64,000 nucleotides of DNA from Gemmatimonadales bacterium (GTDB lineage: Bacteria; Gemmatimonadota; Gemmatimonadetes; Gemmatimonadales; GWC2-71-9). The stretch covers positions 64,001 through 128,000 of the forward strand of contig JBBQFH010000001.1 in NCBI GenBank assembly GCA_038321865.1. The letters run 5' to 3'. This document shows, piece by piece, positions 9,822 to 20,792 of the stretch. The position numbers were made by a program, and so were the translations under genes. The notes under the pieces were generated by a model that worked only from the letters and a program-made list of their open reading frames with translations, was not told the origin of the DNA and made no database searches. Within the stretch, counting starts at the first letter, position 1, and every line of letters begins with the position of its first letter.

Positions 9822-10478
9822 TCACCTCACCCAGCCGGCGGCGATCGCGACGGGAACCGCCGTGAATCCCAGCCAGAGCGCCACGCTCAGCATCAGCGCG
9901 ATCCGGCGGTGCAGCGGGTGCGCGGTCGCAGGCGCGACGCCCAGCGTCCGGCTCGAGCTCCAGATCCCGTGATAGAGATGCAGCCCGAGCGCGACCATCG
10001 CCGCGACATACACCGCCGTCACCCAGGGAATGTGAAAGCTCGCGACGGCATTGCCGTAGACGTCGCCCGGCACGAAGATGCCGGCCGGCCGAATATTACC
10101 GGTCGTAAAGTGCAGAATGTGGAAGGGAATGAAGAGGAGCAGGAGCACTCCGCCGACCCGCATCGTGCGCGATGCCAGGGTGGACACCTGCGGCAGGCGC
10201 CGGGCATAGCCGACCGGGCGCGCGGCGCGAGCCCGCATCGTGAGCTGCCACGCCATCAGCACGTGCACCACCACCGCCACGATCAGCAGCAGCCGCTCGG
10301 CCAGCACCACTTCGGCCAGCGGCCCGTGCAGCATGGCCGCATAGTTGTTGATCTTCTCCGCACCCTCGAAGATCTGCAGATTGCCCAGCATGTGCAGAAT
10401 CAGAAACGCGATCCCGATCAGCCCGGAGACGGCCATCAGGAACTTCTTGCCGATCGTGGACCGGTAGAAGCGCAGCAT
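9822..10478 (-). CDS. sdhC: Succinate dehydrogenase cytochrome b558 subunit (single large anchor)
   Basis: STIGKK.LMA.SG start motif, five TM helices, conserved His. Confidence 0.92.
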   Translation of the reverse strand: MLRFYRSTIGKKFLMAVSGLIGIAFLILHMLGNLQIFEGAEKINNYAAMLHGPLAEVVLAERLLLIVAVVVHVLMAWQLTMRARAARPVGYARRLPQVSTLASRTMRVGGVLLLLFIPFHILHFTTGNIRPAGIFVPGDVYGNAVASFHIPWVTAVYVAAMVALGLHLYHGIWSSSRTLGVAPATAHPLHRRIALMLSVALWLGFTAVPVAIAAGWVR

Positions 10479-10480
10479 GC

Positions 10481-11410
10481 TCAGGCGTCGACAGCGGCCT
10501 GCGTCACGCGGACCGCCTCCGCGGACTTGATCAGATCCTCGCGCTCGGTCTCGGTCAGCGTCACCTGAATGATGCTCTCGAGCCCGTTTCGGCCGACCTT
10601 GCACGGCACGCCACAGAAGACGTCCTTCAGGCCGTATTCCCCCTGCAGCCACGCGGAACATGGCAGGACGCGCCGCTTGTCGAGTGCGATCGCCTCCACC
10701 ATCTGCACCGCGGCCGCGCTCGGCGCGTAATAGGCGGAGCCCGTCTTGAGAAAGGCGACGATTTCGGCGCCGCCGTTCCGCGTGCGCGTTACGATGTCGT
10801 CGAGCCGCTTCTGGTCGATCAGCTGGGTGATCGGGATGCCGGACACGGTGGTGTACGAGATGAGCGGCACCATGGTATCGCCGTGGCCGCCGAGGACCAT
10901 CGCCTGGATGTCCTCAACCGATACGTCAGCGGCTTCCGCGAGAAAGGTGCGATAGCGTGCCGTGTCGAGCACCCCGGCCATGCCGAGCACCCGCTCACGC
11001 GGGAATCCGCTGGCCTTCATCGCCACGTAACACATCACGTCGAGCGGGTTCGACACCACGACGATGATCGACTTCGGTGCCACTCTCGCGATCTCCCGGG
11101 CCACCGACCGGACGATCCCGGCATTCGTCCGCACCAGGTCGTCACGGCTCATGCCGGGCTTCCGGGCGATTCCCGCGGTGACCACGAATACCTCGGCGCC
11201 GGCCGCCTCGTCGTAGCTCTGACTGCCGATCACCCGCGTGTCGAACCCCTCAATCGGGCCGGACTGCCACTGGTCGAGTGCCTTGCCCTGGGGAATCCCA
11301 TCCGCCACGTCGATCATCACGACCGTGCGCGCCAGGCTCTTCTCGGCCAGTCGTTGCGCCGCCGTCGCGCCCACGTTCCCCGCACCGACCACCGCCACTT
11401 TGCCCAGCAT
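10481..11410 (-). CDS. mdh: Malate dehydrogenase (LDH-like)
   Basis: [28 protein letters not shown]. Confidence 0.97.
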   Translation of the reverse strand: MLGKVAVVGAGNVGATAAQRLAEKSLARTVVMIDVADGIPQGKALDQWQSGPIEGFDTRVIGSQSYDEAAGAEVFVVTAGIARKPGMSRDDLVRTNAGIVRSVAREIARVAPKSIIVVVSNPLDVMCYVAMKASGFPRERVLGMAGVLDTARYRTFLAEAADVSVEDIQAMVLGGHGDTMVPLISYTTVSGIPITQLIDQKRLDDIVTRTRNGGAEIVAFLKTGSAYYAPSAAAVQMVEAIALDKRRVLPCSAWLQGEYGLKDVFCGVPCKVGRNGLESIIQVTLTETEREDLIKSAEAVRVTQAAVDA

Positions 11411-11509
11411 CGAAGTCCGCTCTCGCGTTCAGGTGAATGCCGCCGTTTCGATCAGCAGGTGCCTCTGCGTGATACACGCGAGACGGCGAAAGGTACCGGC
11501 TGAGGTACC

Positions 11510-11983
11510 CTAATCCAAGCCGGCTGCCGCGGCGCCACCCGTCTGTCGAAGCCCTTCGTACAGCACGATTCCGACGGCAGTTGCCAGATTCAGGCTGCGC
11601 AACCCGCGTTGCATGGGGATGCGAAAGCATTGCTCGGGATGCTTCTCGAGAATCCGGGCCGGCATCCCTTCCGTTTCGTTGCCGAATACCAGACAGCTGT
11701 TGCCCCGAAACGGCGCCTCCCAGAACGATCTCGAGGCGTTCGCCGAGAAGTAGAGGCAGCGCTCCCGCGCCACCGCATCCCGGAAGGCGAACCAGTCGGC
11801 ATGCGGCCACAGGTCGACGTGGGGCCAGTAATCCAGCCCCGCCCTGCGAACGTCGGCATCGTCGATGGAGAAGCCGAGGGGGGCGATCAGGTGCAGCGGC
11901 GAGGCGGTCGCCGCGCAGAGCCGGGCGATGTTGCCGGTGTTGGGCGGAATCTGCGGCTGGATCAAGGCCACGTTCAAGGCCAT
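11510..11983 (-). CDS. trmL: tRNA (cytidine/uridine 34-2'-O)-methyltransferase
   Basis: PQIPPNTGNIARLC, RRAGLDYW, RSLNLA. Confidence 0.93.
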   Translation of the reverse strand: MALNVALIQPQIPPNTGNIARLCAATASPLHLIAPLGFSIDDADVRRAGLDYWPHVDLWPHADWFAFRDAVARERCLYFSANASRSFWEAPFRGNSCLVFGNETEGMPARILEKHPEQCFRIPMQRGLRSLNLATAVGIVLYEGLRQTGGAAAAGLD

Positions 11984-13011
11984 CAGCCCCCCCGCGTGTG
12001 CATTTCACGCCGCGGGTCTGCCCGAAGCCCCTCGACACCATACAGGGCGCCTCGCTCGCCGAGTGCGGCGCGGGCCTCAGCGCCTCGATCGGTCCGCTCA
12101 CGCCACGTCTTCCCGATCAGCACCGCCAGCTCAGCGTCCGATGCCCCGTCGCGCAGCGGGCCCCGCAGATCGACTCCCCGCTCCGCGTACAGGCACAGGA
12201 GCCAGCTGCCGTCCGCCGTCAGACGGCTCCGATCGCAATTCCGACAGAAGGGCGCCGTCGTGGACGCGATGATCCCGAACGTGCTGCCGTCAGTCAGCTC
12301 GAAGCGGTCGGCAGGGGCGCGGGATCCCGGATCGCTGAGGGGTCGGGGTGCACCGAGCCGCTCGCTGACGGCGGCGAGGATTTCACGCCGAGGCACCACC
12401 TGGTCCATACTCCACCGGGTCGCCCCGCCGACGTCCATGTACTCGATGAAGCGCAGCTCGGCCCGGTGCGCCCGGGCAAATTCGAGCAGCTCCACCACCT
12501 CATCGTCATTGAAGCCGCGGATCAGCACCGTGTTGAGCTTGATCGATTCGAAGCCCGCCGCGCCCGCGGCCTCGATCCCGGCGAGCACGTCGGCGTGACG
12601 TGCGTTTCGGGCGAAGGCCAGACTCCGATCGGCACGCAGCGTGTCCAGGCTGATGGTGACACGCTTCAGCCCCGCGGCGCGAAGCGCCGAGGCGTGCTCA
12701 CCGAGCAGGATGCCGTTGGTGGTGAGGGCGAGATCCGCAATGCGGGCATCCGCGGCGAGCCGGGCGACCAGCCGCGGCAATTCGTGCCGCAGCAGCGGCT
12801 CCCCACCGGTGAGCCGCACCTTGTGCGCGCCGAGGCCGGCGAAGACTCCGGCGAGCCGGGCAATCTCCTCAAACGTGAGCAGCGATTCCCGCGGGAGCCA
12901 GGTGTACTCGCGCTCAGGCATGCAGTACCCGCAGCGCATGTTGCACCGGTCGGTGACCGATATCCGGAGGCTCCCCAGCGGGCGGTCCAGGCGATCGCGC
13001 ACCGCGGTCAC
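11983..13011 (-). CDS. moaA: GTP 3',8-cyclase (radical SAM)
   Basis: LRISVTDRCNMRCGYC, FCRNCDRSR, C-terminal GG; GTG overlaps moaE stop. Confidence 0.95.
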   Translation of the reverse strand: MTAVRDRLDRPLGSLRISVTDRCNMRCGYCMPEREYTWLPRESLLTFEEIARLAGVFAGLGAHKVRLTGGEPLLRHELPRLVARLAADARIADLALTTNGILLGEHASALRAAGLKRVTISLDTLRADRSLAFARNARHADVLAGIEAAGAAGFESIKLNTVLIRGFNDDEVVELLEFARAHRAELRFIEYMDVGGATRWSMDQVVPRREILAAVSERLGAPRPLSDPGSRAPADRFELTDGSTFGIIASTTAPFCRNCDRSRLTADGSWLLCLYAERGVDLRGPLRDGASDAELAVLIGKTWRERTDRGAEARAALGERGALYGVEGLRADPRREMHTRGG

Positions 13012-13454
13012 TCCGCGCTCGCCGCGGTCGGTACCGTGCCGCCCGCCGTCGTCGGGTCGACCCATGCCTCGGAGCCGTCCTCGTAGCGCTCCCGCTTCCA
13101 CACCGGCACGCGCACCTTCACCGCTTCGATGACGTAGCGGCACGCCTCGAAGGCCGCTTCGCGATGCGCAGCTGTCGCCACGACGGCCACCGCTACGTCG
13201 CCTATCTCCAGCGACCCCAGCCGATGCGTCAGCCCGACGCTCGCGGGCCAACGGGCTTCGGCCTCGGCCACGATTCGTGCGCATTCCTCCTCAGCCATCG
13301 GCTCATAGGCCGAATATGCAAGTCCCGTTACGCGGCGCCCGCCATGATGATCGCGGACCAGACCCACGAATGTGACGCTGGCGCCACGCTCAGCCGACTG
13401 GAGGCCGCTTCCGAGCGTCGCGGCATCGATCGCACTGTGGGACAGATGGGCCAT
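13008..13454 (-). CDS. moaE: Molybdopterin synthase large subunit
   Basis: F.G.VR, HRLG.L, AHR..AF.AC, K..VPVWKRE. Confidence 0.93.
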   Translation of the reverse strand: MAHLSHSAIDAATLGSGLQSAERGASVTFVGLVRDHHGGRRVTGLAYSAYEPMAEEECARIVAEAEARWPASVGLTHRLGSLEIGDVAVAVVATAAHREAAFEACRYVIEAVKVRVPVWKRERYEDGSEAWVDPTTAGGTVPTAASAE

Positions 13455-13455
13455 C

Positions 13456-13722
13456 TCAGCCGCCCGCGAGTGGCGGCAGCACCGCAATCTCGTCATGCGA
13501 ACCGAGGCGGGTGGCCGCGGACGCCTGCCGGAGATTCACCGCGCAGAGCGGATGCGGGGGCAGCAGGTGCCCATTCCGGCGGGATCGCAGCGCGGCGACC
13601 ACGCTGGCCACCGTCGCCGGCTCAGCCAGGATGAGCTCCAGCGCGTCGGTGCCAAGGATCTCGGCATAGCGCGCGAAGAGCAGTACGCGAACTCGGATGG
13701 TGGGTGGTGATGATACGGTCAT
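13456..13722 (-). CDS. moaD: Molybdopterin synthase sulfur carrier subunit
   Basis: VLLFA...E..G, AVN, C-terminal LPPLAGG. Confidence 0.92.
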   Translation of the reverse strand: MTVSSPPTIRVRVLLFARYAEILGTDALELILAEPATVASVVAALRSRRNGHLLPPHPLCAVNLRQASAATRLGSHDEIAVLPPLAGG

Positions 13723-13731
13723 GGATGGCCT

Positions 13732-13768
13732 GGAAAACGGAACGGGGCCGCATGGCGTTGCGGCCCCG
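13732..13768 (-). terminator. Intrinsic terminator after HU gene
   Basis: 10-bp stem CGGGGCCGCA/TGCGGCCCCG followed by TTCCGTTTT on minus strand. Confidence 0.7.
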
Positions 13769-13790
13769 CCGGAGAACGGCAAGCGCCGCC

Positions 13791-14135
13791 TCAGTGCCCC
13801 GACGCGGCTTCCGACTGCGGATGCTCCGCGGACGGCTCGACCTCGTCAGCCACGAGCGCCCGCAACTCCTTGCTGGGCTTGAACACCGGAACCGGCCGGG
13901 CAGCTACCTCCACCGGATCGCCGGTGCGCGGATTGCGCGCCATGCGGGTCTTGCGCCGCCGGATCTTGAAGGTCCCGAAGCCGCGTACCTCGATGTTGTG
14001 CTGCTCCTTCAGTGCATCCTTCACCGCGTCGAGGAACGCGTCCACCACGCGGGCGCAGTCCTTCTTCGAAATCATGGGCCCCGATGTGCGGGCTATGGAC
14101 GCAGTTACCTGTTCGACGAGATCGGCTTTGGTCAT
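13791..14135 (-). CDS. HU/IHF family nucleoid-associated protein
   Basis: MTKADLV, IEVRGFGTF, ARNPRTG, PVFKPSKEL. Confidence 0.95.
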   Translation of the reverse strand: MTKADLVEQVTASIARTSGPMISKKDCARVVDAFLDAVKDALKEQHNIEVRGFGTFKIRRRKTRMARNPRTGDPVEVAARPVPVFKPSKELRALVADEVEPSAEHPQSEAASGH

Positions 14136-14188
14136 GCATCCCCCAGGAGGGTCACATTGAGGCACCCGAGACGGTGTCCTGCAGGCCG

Positions 14189-14217
14189 ATAGTACGAGCT
14201 TACCCCTTGAGTGTCAA
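14189..14217 (-). promoter_or_regulatory. sigma70 promoter of HU gene
   Basis: TTGACA-17 nt-TACTAT; -35 overlaps carA stop codon. Confidence 0.8.
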
Positions 14218-15332
14218 GGGCTTGGGTGCGCCGGACTCCCGGCACGCGCGGTGACCGATCGCAGAAACTCGGCGAAATGCGGATAGGCGTCGTGCGGACC
14301 GGGGGCGGCCTCGGGATGATATTGCACGGAGAACAGGGGCAGCCGGCGGTGCCGAAGACCTTCCACGCTGCCATCATTGAGGTTGAGATGCGTCACCTCA
14401 AGGTCCGGTGCACCCGGGATGCCCTGCTCATCCCCCACGACGGCGAAACCGTGATTCTGGGTGGTGATGAGCACGTGTCCGCTTCGCAGGTCACGAACCG
14501 GGTGGTTTCCGCCGCGATGCCCGTAGGCCATCTTCGCGGTCCTGCCGCCATAGGCAAGCCCTATCAGCTGATGGCCCAGACAGATGCCAAATGTCGGGAG
14601 GCCGGAGCCGGCCAGGTCGAGGATGGTCGGAAGGGCGTAAGTGACCGCCGCCGGATCTCCGGGGCCGTTGGACAGAAACAGTCCATCGGGCGCCAGGCTC
14701 CGCACGGCGGAAGCGGGCGTCTCCGCGGGTACGACGGTCACCCGGCAACCGGACGCGACGAGCATCGTGATGATGTTGCGCTTGATGCCGTAGTCGAATG
14801 CCACGACGTGGGGCCCGGAACCTTCAGTGTGCGCCTCGGCGATCGAAGCGCGGGACGCAAGGTCGAGCCCCTCCATCGACGGTGAGGCGGCGAGCCGGGC
14901 GGTCAGATCTGAATCGGGCTGGAAGCCTTCCGCGATGACACCCCGCATCGAGCCGCGCTCGCGGAGATGCCTCGTGAGGCGGCGGGTGTCGACCCCCTCG
15001 ATGACGGGCACCGAGGCGCTTTCGAGCCATTCATCCAGCCCCATGGTCGATTGCCAGTTGGACGCGTGCCGCACCAGCTCGCGAACGACGACACCGCTGA
15101 CCTGTGGCTGGGCCGACTCCATGTCCCCCGGGTTCACGCCGTAATTCCCGATCATGGGCGCGGTCATCACCACGATCTGGCCGAGATAGCTCGGATCGGT
15201 GAAGGTCTCCTGATAGCCGGTGAGGTTCGTCGTGAAGACCACCTCACCGAACCCCGGCGCAAGCGGGCGGCGCGTGGTGCCCGCGTACCATGTGCCGTCC
15301 TCCAGCAACACGAAAGCGGGGTGATCCGTCAT
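14214..15332 (-). CDS. carA: Carbamoyl-phosphate synthase small subunit
   Basis: [36 protein letters not shown]. Confidence 0.96.
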   Translation of the reverse strand: MTDHPAFVLLEDGTWYAGTTRRPLAPGFGEVVFTTNLTGYQETFTDPSYLGQIVVMTAPMIGNYGVNPGDMESAQPQVSGVVVRELVRHASNWQSTMGLDEWLESASVPVIEGVDTRRLTRHLRERGSMRGVIAEGFQPDSDLTARLAASPSMEGLDLASRASIAEAHTEGSGPHVVAFDYGIKRNIITMLVASGCRVTVVPAETPASAVRSLAPDGLFLSNGPGDPAAVTYALPTILDLAGSGLPTFGICLGHQLIGLAYGGRTAKMAYGHRGGNHPVRDLRSGHVLITTQNHGFAVVGDEQGIPGAPDLEVTHLNLNDGSVEGLRHRRLPLFSVQYHPEAAPGPHDAYPHFAEFLRSVTARAGSPAHPSP

Positions 15333-15360
15333 CCGGTCACCCCGCCACGATTGACTGGCC

Positions 15361-15783
15361 TCACTGCGCCGGCTTCGATTGCGGTGCCGGGGTCGGCGGT
15401 GTCTTCGCCGTCGTCGCCGCTCCACCGGTTCCAGCCGGAGCCGTCGCGGCTGGGGCCGGACTGGCCGGGGCGGTCGTGATCGGCAGCGGTGACGTGGTCG
15501 ATGCCGGCGCCGGCAGATTCCGGAGGCGTTGCTGGAGATCGCTCGTCGCGGCCGCGCGGCCGGATGACATCAGCGAGAGGAACAGCGAGAGAACGAGAAA
15601 GGCCCCGCCGCACCACCAGCTCATCCGCGTCAGCAGCGTGACCGATTGCCGGCTGCCGAGCACGCTGTCGGTCGACGTGCCGCCCAGCGAGGCCAGACCG
15701 CCGCCTTGACCGGCCTGCAGCAGGACCACGGTCGCCAGCAGCACGGCATCGAGGATGAGGAGGGTCAGAATCAGGTAGTACAT
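15361..15783 (-). CDS. secG: Preprotein translocase subunit SecG with Pro/Ala/Thr tail
   Basis: VLLQ.G.GGGL...GG, two TM helices, downstream of tpiA. Confidence 0.9.
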   Translation of the reverse strand: MYYLILTLLILDAVLLATVVLLQAGQGGGLASLGGTSTDSVLGSRQSVTLLTRMSWWCGGAFLVLSLFLSLMSSGRAAATSDLQQRLRNLPAPASTTSPLPITTAPASPAPAATAPAGTGGAATTAKTPPTPAPQSKPAQ

Positions 15784-15810
15784 ATCGGCCTATCTCCGGG
15801 GCAAGTCGCA

Positions 15811-15839
15811 AGTTTAGCCGGGCCGACACCCGGAATCAA
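15811..15839 (-). promoter_or_regulatory. Probable sigma70 promoter of secG-carA
   Basis: TTGATT-17 nt-TAAACT. Confidence 0.6.
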
Positions 15840-16585
15840 CCGCCCAGCTGAATCAGCGCGGCCCATCCATCGGCATCGAGGCTGGCCCCGCCCACAAGCA
15901 CGCCGTCAAGCTCCTCTTCCGCCAGCAGCGCCTGCACGTTGCCAGCATTGACGCTGCCGCCATACAGGACGGGTATCCTGCCGGTGACACCGACCGCCGC
16001 GAGCTCGTCCCGAATGATCCGGTGGACGGCAGCCGCATCGGCCGGTGTGGCGTTCTTTCCCGTGCCGATGGCCCAGACCGGCTCGTATGCGATCATGAGT
16101 CGCGCGAGCTGCTGGCCCGGCTGACCGGCGAGCGCCGCGCGCAGCTGCCGCCGCACGACGGTCTCCGTCGCGCCCGCCTCACGTTCGTGCAGCAACTCGC
16201 CCACGCACAGCATCGGCGCCAGGTCGGACGCGAGCAGCGCGGCGACCTTGAGCCGCGTCTCCGCGTCGGTCTCCCCGAAGACGTGGCGCCGTTCGGAGTG
16301 ACCGACGAGCGCGCCCCGCGCGCCGCTCTCCCGGGCCAGCGCCACCGACGTCTCCCCGGTGAAGGCGCCCTTCGGCTCCCAGTACACGTTCTGGGCTCCG
16401 ACCTGCACGCCATCGTACTCGCTGAGCGCCTCCGCGGTGGCCGCAAGCGAAACGGCCGGCGGATAGAACCACAGCTCGCGCGCCGGCGCCGTCCGGGTGA
16501 GGCTCCTGAACCGGCGCACAAACTCGCGGGCCGCCTCCGGCCCGTGATTCATCTTCCAGTTCGCGGCGTAGATGAGGCGCCGCAT
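15836..16585 (-). CDS. tpiA: Triosephosphate isomerase
   Basis: ANWKMN, GHSERR, AYEPVWAIGTG, YGGSV. Confidence 0.98.
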   Translation of the reverse strand: MRRLIYAANWKMNHGPEAAREFVRRFRSLTRTAPARELWFYPPAVSLAATAEALSEYDGVQVGAQNVYWEPKGAFTGETSVALARESGARGALVGHSERRHVFGETDAETRLKVAALLASDLAPMLCVGELLHEREAGATETVVRRQLRAALAGQPGQQLARLMIAYEPVWAIGTGKNATPADAAAVHRIIRDELAAVGVTGRIPVLYGGSVNAGNVQALLAEEELDGVLVGGASLDADGWAALIQLGG

Positions 16586-17775
16586 CAGGCGTCGTCCAGC
16601 GCGGCCACGCCCGGCAGGATCTTGCCCTCCAGGAACTCGAGCGACGCGCCGCCACCAGTCGAGACATGGGACATCTTGTCGGCCAGTCCGGCCTTGGCGA
16701 CCGCCGCGGCCGAATCACCCCCACCGACGATCGTGACGGCGCCGCGCGCGGACGCATGCGCCATCGCATGGGCGATGTGCATCGTTCCCTGGTCGAACGG
16801 CGGTGTTTCGAACACGCCCATCGGCCCGTTCCAGACGACGGTGCCCGCCGCTTCGATCCGCGTCGCAAAGTCCTCGGCGCTGAGGCGGTCCACGTCGTAC
16901 ATCGCCCACCCAGGCGGAATCGCATCCCGCTTCACCGAACGCGTCTCCGCCCCCGCGTCGAGGCGCTGGGCGACCACCGCGCCGGACGGGAGCACGATCT
17001 TCCGCCCGCCCTTGGCGAGCAACGCGCTGGCCATGCCGACTCGATCCTCCTCGACCAGCGACGTTCCGGTCTCCAGCCCCATCGCCCGGAAAAAGGTGCA
17101 CGCCATGGCGCCGCCGATCAGGATTTCCTCGACCTTGGGCAGCAGCGCCTCGATGAGGTCGATCTTGCCGGAGATCTTCGCGCCTCCCAGCACCGCGACG
17201 AACGGCCGCTTCGGATGGTCGAGTGCCGACCCGAGGTACTTGAGCTCCTGCTCCATCAGGAATCCCGAGACCGCCGGCTTGAGCAGGTGGGCCACGCCCT
17301 CGGTGCTCGCGTGCGCGCGGTGGGCCGACCCGAACGCGTCGTTCACGTACAGGTCACCGAGTGCGGCGAAGATCGCCGCAAGCCCCGGGTCGTTGCGCTC
17401 TTCGCCCGGCTGGAACCGGGTGTTCTCGACGATCGCGATGCCTCCACGGGCCAGCCCCCTGGTCTGCGCCACCGCCGAGCCGGCGGTCGGATCCTCGATG
17501 AACGTGACCGGCGCGCCCAGCAGCGTTTCGAGGGCCCGTGCGACCGGCCGCAGCGAGTACTTCGGATCCAGGGCGCCCTTGGGGCGGCCCAGGTGGGAGA
17601 GGAGGATCACGCGGGCTCCGCGGTCACGGAGGTACCGGATCGTGGGAAGTGCGGCGCGGATCCGCGTGTCGTCGGCGACCACGCCGTCCTGCAGCGGCAC
17701 GTTGAAGTCCACGCGCACCAGCGCGCGGCGCCCCTCGAGCCCCCCGCGGTCCAGCCAGGTGAGCGTGCGCTTCAC
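16585..17775 (-). CDS. pgk: Phosphoglycerate kinase
   Basis: [35 protein letters not shown]. Confidence 0.98.
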   Translation of the reverse strand: MKRTLTWLDRGGLEGRRALVRVDFNVPLQDGVVADDTRIRAALPTIRYLRDRGARVILLSHLGRPKGALDPKYSLRPVARALETLLGAPVTFIEDPTAGSAVAQTRGLARGGIAIVENTRFQPGEERNDPGLAAIFAALGDLYVNDAFGSAHRAHASTEGVAHLLKPAVSGFLMEQELKYLGSALDHPKRPFVAVLGGAKISGKIDLIEALLPKVEEILIGGAMACTFFRAMGLETGTSLVEEDRVGMASALLAKGGRKIVLPSGAVVAQRLDAGAETRSVKRDAIPPGWAMYDVDRLSAEDFATRIEAAGTVVWNGPMGVFETPPFDQGTMHIAHAMAHASARGAVTIVGGGDSAAAVAKAGLADKMSHVSTGGGASLEFLEGKILPGVAALDDA

Positions 17776-18782
17776 GAACGCGGCCCGATGTAACGCATCA
17801 GGTCGACGCAGCGCGCCGAATATCCCATCTCGTTGTCGTACCAGGACGTCACGTTAACCATCGTGCCGTCCACCACGTTGGTCGAGAGCGAATCCACCGT
17901 GCTGGACATCAGATTGCCGACGTAGTCGATCGAGACCAGCGGCTCGTCGCTCACGGCGAGCACGCCCTTGAGCGTGCCGGCGGCGGCGCTCCGGAACGCG
18001 GCGTTCACCTCTTCGGCCGACGTGCCCTTCCTGACCTCGGCGCTGAGCGCGACGGTCGACACGTCCGGGGTCGGGACGCGGAGCGAGACCCCATCGATCT
18101 TGCCCTTCACCTCGGGAATCACCAGGCCGGTAGCCTTGGCGGCGCCGGTGGATGTCGGAATGATCGACATGGCGGCCGCGCGCGCCCGGCGGAGATCCTT
18201 GTGCGGCAGGTCGAGAATCTGCTGATCGTTGGTGTAGGAATGGACGGTCGTCATGAACCCGTGCACGAAACCGAAGGTATCCAGGATTACCCGAACCATC
18301 GGCACCAGGCAGTTGGTGGTGCAGCTGGCGTTCGAAATGATGTGGTGCGCCGCCGGATCGTATCTGTCGTGATTCACGCCATAGACGATCGTGATGTCAT
18401 CGTTCTTGGCCGGCGCCGAAATGATGACCCTGCGCGCTCCGGCCTGCAGATGGAGCGCCGCCTTGTCGCGATCGGTGAAGTGGCCGGTGGACTCAAGCAC
18501 GATGTCCACGCCAAGCTCCTTCCACGGAAGTTTGGCCGGATCCCGCTCGCTCAGCACCTTCATTTCGTCGCCGTTGACGACGATCGAATCGCCCCGGGTT
18601 TCGATCGTCCCGTCAAAGCGGCCATGGACCGAGTCGTACTTGAGCAGGTGGGCGAGGGTCTTCGTGTCGGTGAGGTCGTTGACCGCGACGACGTCGAAGT
18701 CCGTCACGCCCATCGCATTCGCGGCGCGAACGACATTGCGGCCGATACGACCGAATCCGTTGATCCCGATCTTGATTGCCAT
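17772..18782 (-). CDS. gap: Type I glyceraldehyde-3-phosphate dehydrogenase
   Basis: [23 protein letters not shown]. Confidence 0.98.
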   Translation of the reverse strand: MAIKIGINGFGRIGRNVVRAANAMGVTDFDVVAVNDLTDTKTLAHLLKYDSVHGRFDGTIETRGDSIVVNGDEMKVLSERDPAKLPWKELGVDIVLESTGHFTDRDKAALHLQAGARRVIISAPAKNDDITIVYGVNHDRYDPAAHHIISNASCTTNCLVPMVRVILDTFGFVHGFMTTVHSYTNDQQILDLPHKDLRRARAAAMSIIPTSTGAAKATGLVIPEVKGKIDGVSLRVPTPDVSTVALSAEVRKGTSAEEVNAAFRSAAAGTLKGVLAVSDEPLVSIDYVGNLMSSTVDSLSTNVVDGTMVNVTSWYDNEMGYSARCVDLMRYIGPRS

Positions 18783-18807
18783 CTCGTCCCCGATGTGCGA
18801 GAAAGAA

Positions 18808-19533
18808 CTATCCTACCGTCTGATGCGCCCGGGCGAAGGTGACCCCCTGGACCTCCGCCGCCCCCGCCGCGAGCAGGGCGGTCGCCGCCTCCGCCAGGGT
18901 CGCGCCCGTGGTGAATACGTCGTCCACGAGCACCACCCGCCGGCCGGCGGCACCTGCCGATGCCGCAAAGGCGCCGGCGACGTTGGCCTGACGCTCTTCG
19001 GGTGTGAGCGCGGTCTGGGTCGGCGTTTCCCGCCGGCGTGACAGGAGCCCCGGCCGTACCGCTCCCCCCGTTCGGGCCGACAGAGCCGCCGCCAGCGCAC
19101 CACTCTGGTTGTACCCCCGCCGGCGCAGGCGGCGCGCGCCGAGCGGAATTGGAATCAGATCGGGTCGTCCGGTCAATGGCGCGAGGCCGCGCATCGCTTC
19201 CGCCATCGCTTCGGCGGCCCGCCACCAGCCGTCGTATTTGAGATGATGGACGGCGCGACGCGCCGACCCGTCGAGCCAGACGGCGCTTCGCGCCGTGGAG
19301 AATCCGGGAGGCCATCCCCCACACAGGCGGCAGGCGAGCCCGAGATACACCGGATCGCCGCAGCGCCGGCAGAAGGGCGGAGCCACCGGCTGCCAGCGTG
19401 ACCGGCAGATGCCGCAGATGAGCGCGTTGTGCTCGATGATGGCGATCGCCTCGTGGCACAGCAGGCATTCGGCCGGGAGCAGCACCCGCTCGATCCGGCG
19501 TGCCAGCACCGCGAGCTCATCCCAGTTCGGCAT
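18808..19533 (-). CDS. comF: ComF family double zinc-ribbon/phosphoribosyltransferase
   Basis: Four CxxC pairs, [17 protein letters not shown]. Confidence 0.9.
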   Translation of the reverse strand: MPNWDELAVLARRIERVLLPAECLLCHEAIAIIEHNALICGICRSRWQPVAPPFCRRCGDPVYLGLACRLCGGWPPGFSTARSAVWLDGSARRAVHHLKYDGWWRAAEAMAEAMRGLAPLTGRPDLIPIPLGARRLRRRGYNQSGALAAALSARTGGAVRPGLLSRRRETPTQTALTPEERQANVAGAFAASAGAAGRRVVLVDDVFTTGATLAEAATALLAAGAAEVQGVTFARAHQTVG

Positions 19534-20317
19534 CGACGACCTGGCGCATGACTGACACGGGCGCCTGAACGCCCGGCCACCAGCGCTCGAATGCGGCAGT
19601 CCCCTGGCCCACCAGCACGGTCCTGCCATCCTCCGCCCGCAATCCGCGGCGGCGAGCTTCATGCACCCACAGTGTCCGACCTCGCCGATAGACGAGGTCG
19701 AGGGCAGCGACCGCGCTCGGCGCCAGTGCGAGCGGCAGCGGGTCACCGTCCTCCGCGTCCAGACCCAGCGGCGTCGCATTGATGCAGAGGACGCAGTCGT
19801 CGGCGAGGGCGCATTCGGCGCCGATCGAACGGGCCCACGCGAGGAACTGCTCCGCCCTGCCGGCCTCGCGCGAGCGCACCCAAACCGGCGCGCCGAGCCG
19901 CCTGGCGGCACCGACCGCCGCGCGGGCGGAGCCGCCCGTCCCGGCGATCATCCAGCCGCCGGCGGGAACGTCGAGCTCACCGACGGCGGCCACAATCCCA
20001 GGGACATCCGTGTTGTCACCGACGAGTGCACCGTTCTCGGCCCAGAATGTGTTGCATGCCCCGAGCTCCCCCACGAGGGCCGAGGCACGATCGAGCGCGT
20101 CCGCCGCGGCGGCCTTGTGGGGAACGGTGACGTTGCCGCCTCCACCCGCATCGGCAAGGCGCCGCATGAGCACCGGAACCTCGTCCGCGCCGCAGCGAAT
20201 GGCGGAATAGGTGCCGTCGAGGCCGAGTGCCGCGAACGCGGCGGTGTGCATGCGGGGGGAGAGTGAATGACCGACCGGATCGCCCAGGACCGCGAAGGGC
20301 CTGCTAACGCCGCTCAC
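19517..20317 (-). CDS. aroE: Shikimate dehydrogenase
   Basis: GDPVGHSLSP.MH, NVTVPHK, NTD, NATPLG, DLVY. Confidence 0.92.
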   Translation of the reverse strand: MSGVSRPFAVLGDPVGHSLSPRMHTAAFAALGLDGTYSAIRCGADEVPVLMRRLADAGGGGNVTVPHKAAAADALDRASALVGELGACNTFWAENGALVGDNTDVPGIVAAVGELDVPAGGWMIAGTGGSARAAVGAARRLGAPVWVRSREAGRAEQFLAWARSIGAECALADDCVLCINATPLGLDAEDGDPLPLALAPSAVAALDLVYRRGRTLWVHEARRRGLRAEDGRTVLVGQGTAAFERWWPGVQAPVSVMRQVVDAELG

Positions 20318-20792
20318 CGATTCGCTCGGCGTGAATGCGCGCCGCGACCGCGTCAAGCAGGGCGTCGAGCTGGCGGTAGGTCGTGCGATACGCCTCGAGT
20401 TCCAACCCGAATGGATCGGCCACCTCGCGGTCGGCGCCGGCTCGGCCCGCGTATTCGCCGAGCAGGTGTACCCGGGCGCCGCCGCCCAGCTCGTGAAGGC
20501 GCTCACGCTGTTGCTCGGACATGGTGAGGATCAGATCTGACGAACGGGCCATCTCCGATGTGACCAGCCGGGCCCGATGTTCGGAAAGGTCGAGCCCGTT
20601 CTCCATCGCCACGAGCAGGGAGCCCTCCGACGCCGGCGCACCGTCCCACGCGCCGGTTCCTCCCGACGTCACCCGGACGTTGCCGAGTCCGCGCTCGTCG
20701 AGCGCGCGCCGGAGGATCGCCGCGGCCATCGGGCTCCGGCAGGTGTTGCCGGTGCAGACGACGAGCACCTCGGGTACGTGCGCGACGGTCAC
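20304..20792 (-). CDS. Low-molecular-weight protein phosphatase, YwlE-like (probable arginine phosphatase)
   Basis: P-loop VCTGNTCRSPMA, DPF motif; next to tsaC. Confidence 0.85.
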   Translation of the reverse strand: MTVAHVPEVLVVCTGNTCRSPMAAAILRRALDERGLGNVRVTSGGTGAWDGAPASEGSLLVAMENGLDLSEHRARLVTSEMARSSDLILTMSEQQRERLHELGGGARVHLLGEYAGRAGADREVADPFGLELEAYRTTYRQLDALLDAVAARIHAERIGERR

